Assembly (NCBI GenBank): GCA_016930295.1
Contig: JAFGHE010000269.1
Span: 1 to 56,167, forward strand
DNA from: Sedimentisphaerales bacterium
Lineage (GTDB): Bacteria; Planctomycetota; Phycisphaerae; Sedimentisphaerales; SM23-30
DNA: 56,167 bases
Reading direction: 5' to 3'
Shown: positions 53,927 to 56,167 of the stretch, piece after piece
How positions within the stretch are numbered: position 1 is the first letter of the stretch
How the letters are laid out: each line of letters starts with the position of its first letter
Made by a program: the position numbers and the translations under genes
The notes under the pieces: model-generated
What the model saw: only the letters and a program-made list of their open reading frames with translations
Told to the model about the DNA's origin: nothing
The model's database searches: none

Positions 53927-55927
53927 ATGGCCGAAAAGAAAAAAAATAAACAGAATGGTTCAGGGGGCCGAACTCAAAAGTCGTTCCGCAGGAAATTTGC
54001 ATGGGTTTTGTTGATTGGGTTGTTTATAGGGATAGTTATCAAGTATTTTCTGGTTCCTTATATCGTCGAACGGATGATTCAGGATTATCTGGAACAGCGC
54101 TGGGTCGGACCGGTGGAGATGGGGCGATTGGAGATAAACCTGTTTTCATCCAGCCGGCTGCGGAATCTTAGATGTCAGGACGAACAGGGGCGGCCCTGGA
54201 TTCAGATTGACTTGATAGAGGTTGAGCGGGGCGAGTTGTTTGGGCCGGGTCCGATGGTAAAGAGGGTGGAGTTGAGTGGAGCGATGGTGACGGCCCATAT
54301 CGAGGATGGTTCGTGCCAGTGGCCGGTGCGGGCGTCCGGGGCGGGTTCGGGTGGGACACTGAATCCCGAAAGCTTTCCGGAAATAGCACTGCGGCACGTG
54401 GCCTTTGAGATAAAGGACGAGAGGGGGATCCGTTGGGTGCGGGATGATATGAACATTCAGAGTCGATGGGCGGATGGGGAATCCGCGCCGCGCATTCAGG
54501 TGGAGTGGTTTAGCCGGGAGAATAACGACTGGCTCAGTTTACAGGGAAATTTACATCCACAGAGTCTCGAGTCTGATTTGAAATTTGCCTTGAATCATGT
54601 GATAGAAAGGCAGGATATGGCGGCCATGTTTGCGGCGCTGGATATACCCGTGGTGACGGATGCGGCCGGAAGCGTAACGGCCAACCTGAGTGTGCGCGGG
54701 CGACTCAATGACGCCGGCAGCCTTGAGATAAACGGGCAGGTCAACATCAACGATATTGTGTGCCGGGCCGGAGCGGACGAGGTTAATTCCGATGCGGATG
54801 TGAGCATCCGGTTTTCCGGCCGGGAAGCCGAGATACTCTATGCCAACCTGATTACCGATGTGTTTACGATATCGTTCAGTAAGGTGCCGCTGGCGTATGA
54901 GGATGAGGGCAACAAGGTAGTGGCACGGGTGAGTGATGCACGGGTGCGCTTCCCTCAAAAGGATGAGTATGGTCCTTTCTGGGAGAGCACGCTGCGGGGC
55001 GCGCGATTTGAGGGCTGGCTCAACTTTAACGGCATGATCGTTCTGCCGACCCGGAGGGGCGGGTCACTCCTGGAAGTCTTCCAGGGTCAGGGTGAACTGG
55101 CCCGGATGGTGATACCGACGAAGGGATCGCTGGAAGTAACGGATCTGAGGATACCGGAATTCAAGGTACGTAATACGGATGTGACCATAGCGGAACTGAC
55201 CTGCCAGACCTGCGGAGGCCAGGCACGCGGACGTGGTGATATAAGCCTCTATCCCTTTACCTATGAATTCATGCTGCATGTGGAGTCCCTTGATAGCGGG
55301 CAGGTTATTCGTACCTTTAATCCGTTGACAGAGATTAAGAAGGGTAAAACCTCTGGTCGGTTTGCCATCAGTGGATTTGGGTTTGGATTGTCCGGATTCC
55401 ATGCCAATGCAATGCTGATTATGGAAAACGTTGACCTGGAAGCCGGACCGGTCTTTGGAGGAGTCCTGCGCACACTGAGTATCAAGCCGGAGTCGGTACA
55501 GGGCACGAGCGATTTGATGACCCGGTTCCATGTCGATTATCCGGTCATGACAATTGATAAGGGACTGGTAGCCAACAGGTTGTCGGCGCTGGAGTTTGAG
55601 CCGGGCAGTACGTTAAACCTGCAAACCGGTGATATTCAGTTCCGTGTGGTGACCGGCCGGTTGAGCGAGATTCGTTTTGCCTTGCTCACGCCAATTCAGA
55701 ATCTGGCCAAAAAGCTTGTCCGGCTGAAGATTACCGGCAATCTCTCGGATAAGAATAATATAGTGATTCACAAGGAGGCCGTGACAGATCTGAAAGAAGG
55801 GACTATTGGTTTCTTTACAGACTGGGTTCAGGTCGGTGGCGATTTCGGCCAGCAGATAAAGGATCTGTTTAATTTATTATCGGGACAACTTGAACCTCCA
55901 AAAAAAGATGGGGTGGATTCACCATAG
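53927..55927 (+). CDS. AsmA-like/TamB-like membrane-anchored beta-taco protein
   Basis: N-terminal basic region plus TM anchor; long repetitive beta-strand body; C-terminal LVRLKITGNLSD pattern. Confidence 0.6.
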   Translation: MAEKKKNKQNGSGGRTQKSFRRKFAWVLLIGLFIGIVIKYFLVPYIVERMIQDYLEQRWVGPVEMGRLEINLFSSSRLRNLRCQDEQGRPWIQIDLIEVERGELFGPGPMVKRVELSGAMVTAHIEDGSCQWPVRASGAGSGGTLNPESFPEIALRHVAFEIKDERGIRWVRDDMNIQSRWADGESAPRIQVEWFSRENNDWLSLQGNLHPQSLESDLKFALNHVIERQDMAAMFAALDIPVVTDAAGSVTANLSVRGRLNDAGSLEINGQVNINDIVCRAGADEVNSDADVSIRFSGREAEILYANLITDVFTISFSKVPLAYEDEGNKVVARVSDARVRFPQKDEYGPFWESTLRGARFEGWLNFNGMIVLPTRRGGSLLEVFQGQGELARMVIPTKGSLEVTDLRIPEFKVRNTDVTIAELTCQTCGGQARGRGDISLYPFTYEFMLHVESLDSGQVIRTFNPLTEIKKGKTSGRFAISGFGFGLSGFHANAMLIMENVDLEAGPVFGGVLRTLSIKPESVQGTSDLMTRFHVDYPVMTIDKGLVANRLSALEFEPGSTLNLQTGDIQFRVVTGRLSEIRFALLTPIQNLAKKLVRLKITGNLSDKNNIVIHKEAVTDLKEGTIGFFTDWVQVGGDFGQQIKDLFNLLSGQLEPPKKDGVDSP

Positions 55928-55992
55928 TAGGATTGTGTTTAATAGATATATCATTTAACAAAAATATATTACCATTTATAATTGAGATGTTT

Positions 55993-56167
55993 ATGAAGAA
56001 GAGTCTTATTACTGGTTCAAGTGTGCTTTTAATAGTTGTTTTATCCTTTCAGGTTCAGGGCGCGGATGGTCAGGAGGGCGGTTATGCCGGTTCGGTCAGG
56101 TGCCGTGGCTGCCACGAGCGGTTTTATGAACTATGGGCGCCTTCGCACCATGGTCTGGCCATGCAGC
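55993..56167 (+). CDS. c-type cytochrome (cytochrome c554-like N-terminus), partial at window end
   Basis: MKKSLITGSSVLLIVVLSFQVQG signal, then YAGSVRCRGCHERFYELWAPSHHGLAMQ. Confidence 0.75.
   Translation, partial: MKKSLITGSSVLLIVVLSFQVQGADGQEGGYAGSVRCRGCHERFYELWAPSHHGLAMQ

Overview
Bacterial genomic DNA, most likely from an anaerobic planctomycete (Phycisphaerae/Sedimentisphaerales-like; inferred from DUF1559-type prepilin proteins, PEP-CTERM proteins, LamG proteins with dockerin-like tails and a planctomycete-type ECF sigma/FecR pair). Bases 1-39,000 form a glucan-utilisation region with no recognisable SusC/SusD, TonB-dependent or ABC transporter. It holds a candidate beta-1,3-glucan arm (LacI regulator, GH161-like phosphorylase, GH16, CBM-bearing LamG and PEP-CTERM proteins, a secreted CotH kinase, prepilin-type proteins) linked by a repeated LacI-type palindrome. 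Nested inside is an alpha-glucan arm next to an ECF sigma/anti-sigma pair (GH31, exported GH13, GH66, GH119-like, starch-binding-like PEP-CTERM protein). Eight secreted proteins share a dockerin-like tag: one repeat on the three non-catalytic LamG proteins, two on most enzymes. Bases 39,100-53,200 (minus strand) hold an intact cytochrome c maturation operon (ccmE-F-A-B-C-D, Cys-type CcmE) and a porin-multiheme-cytochrome/NHL cluster whose genes carry many deletion/fusion junctions, including a 3x23-bp tandem repeat that sets the reading frame of a NapC/NirT-type gene. The window ends with a lipoprotein, an AsmA-like protein and the start of another c-type cytochrome. No rRNA, tRNA, CRISPR array or transposase was seen. 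All family calls come from motif recognition by eye, not database searches.
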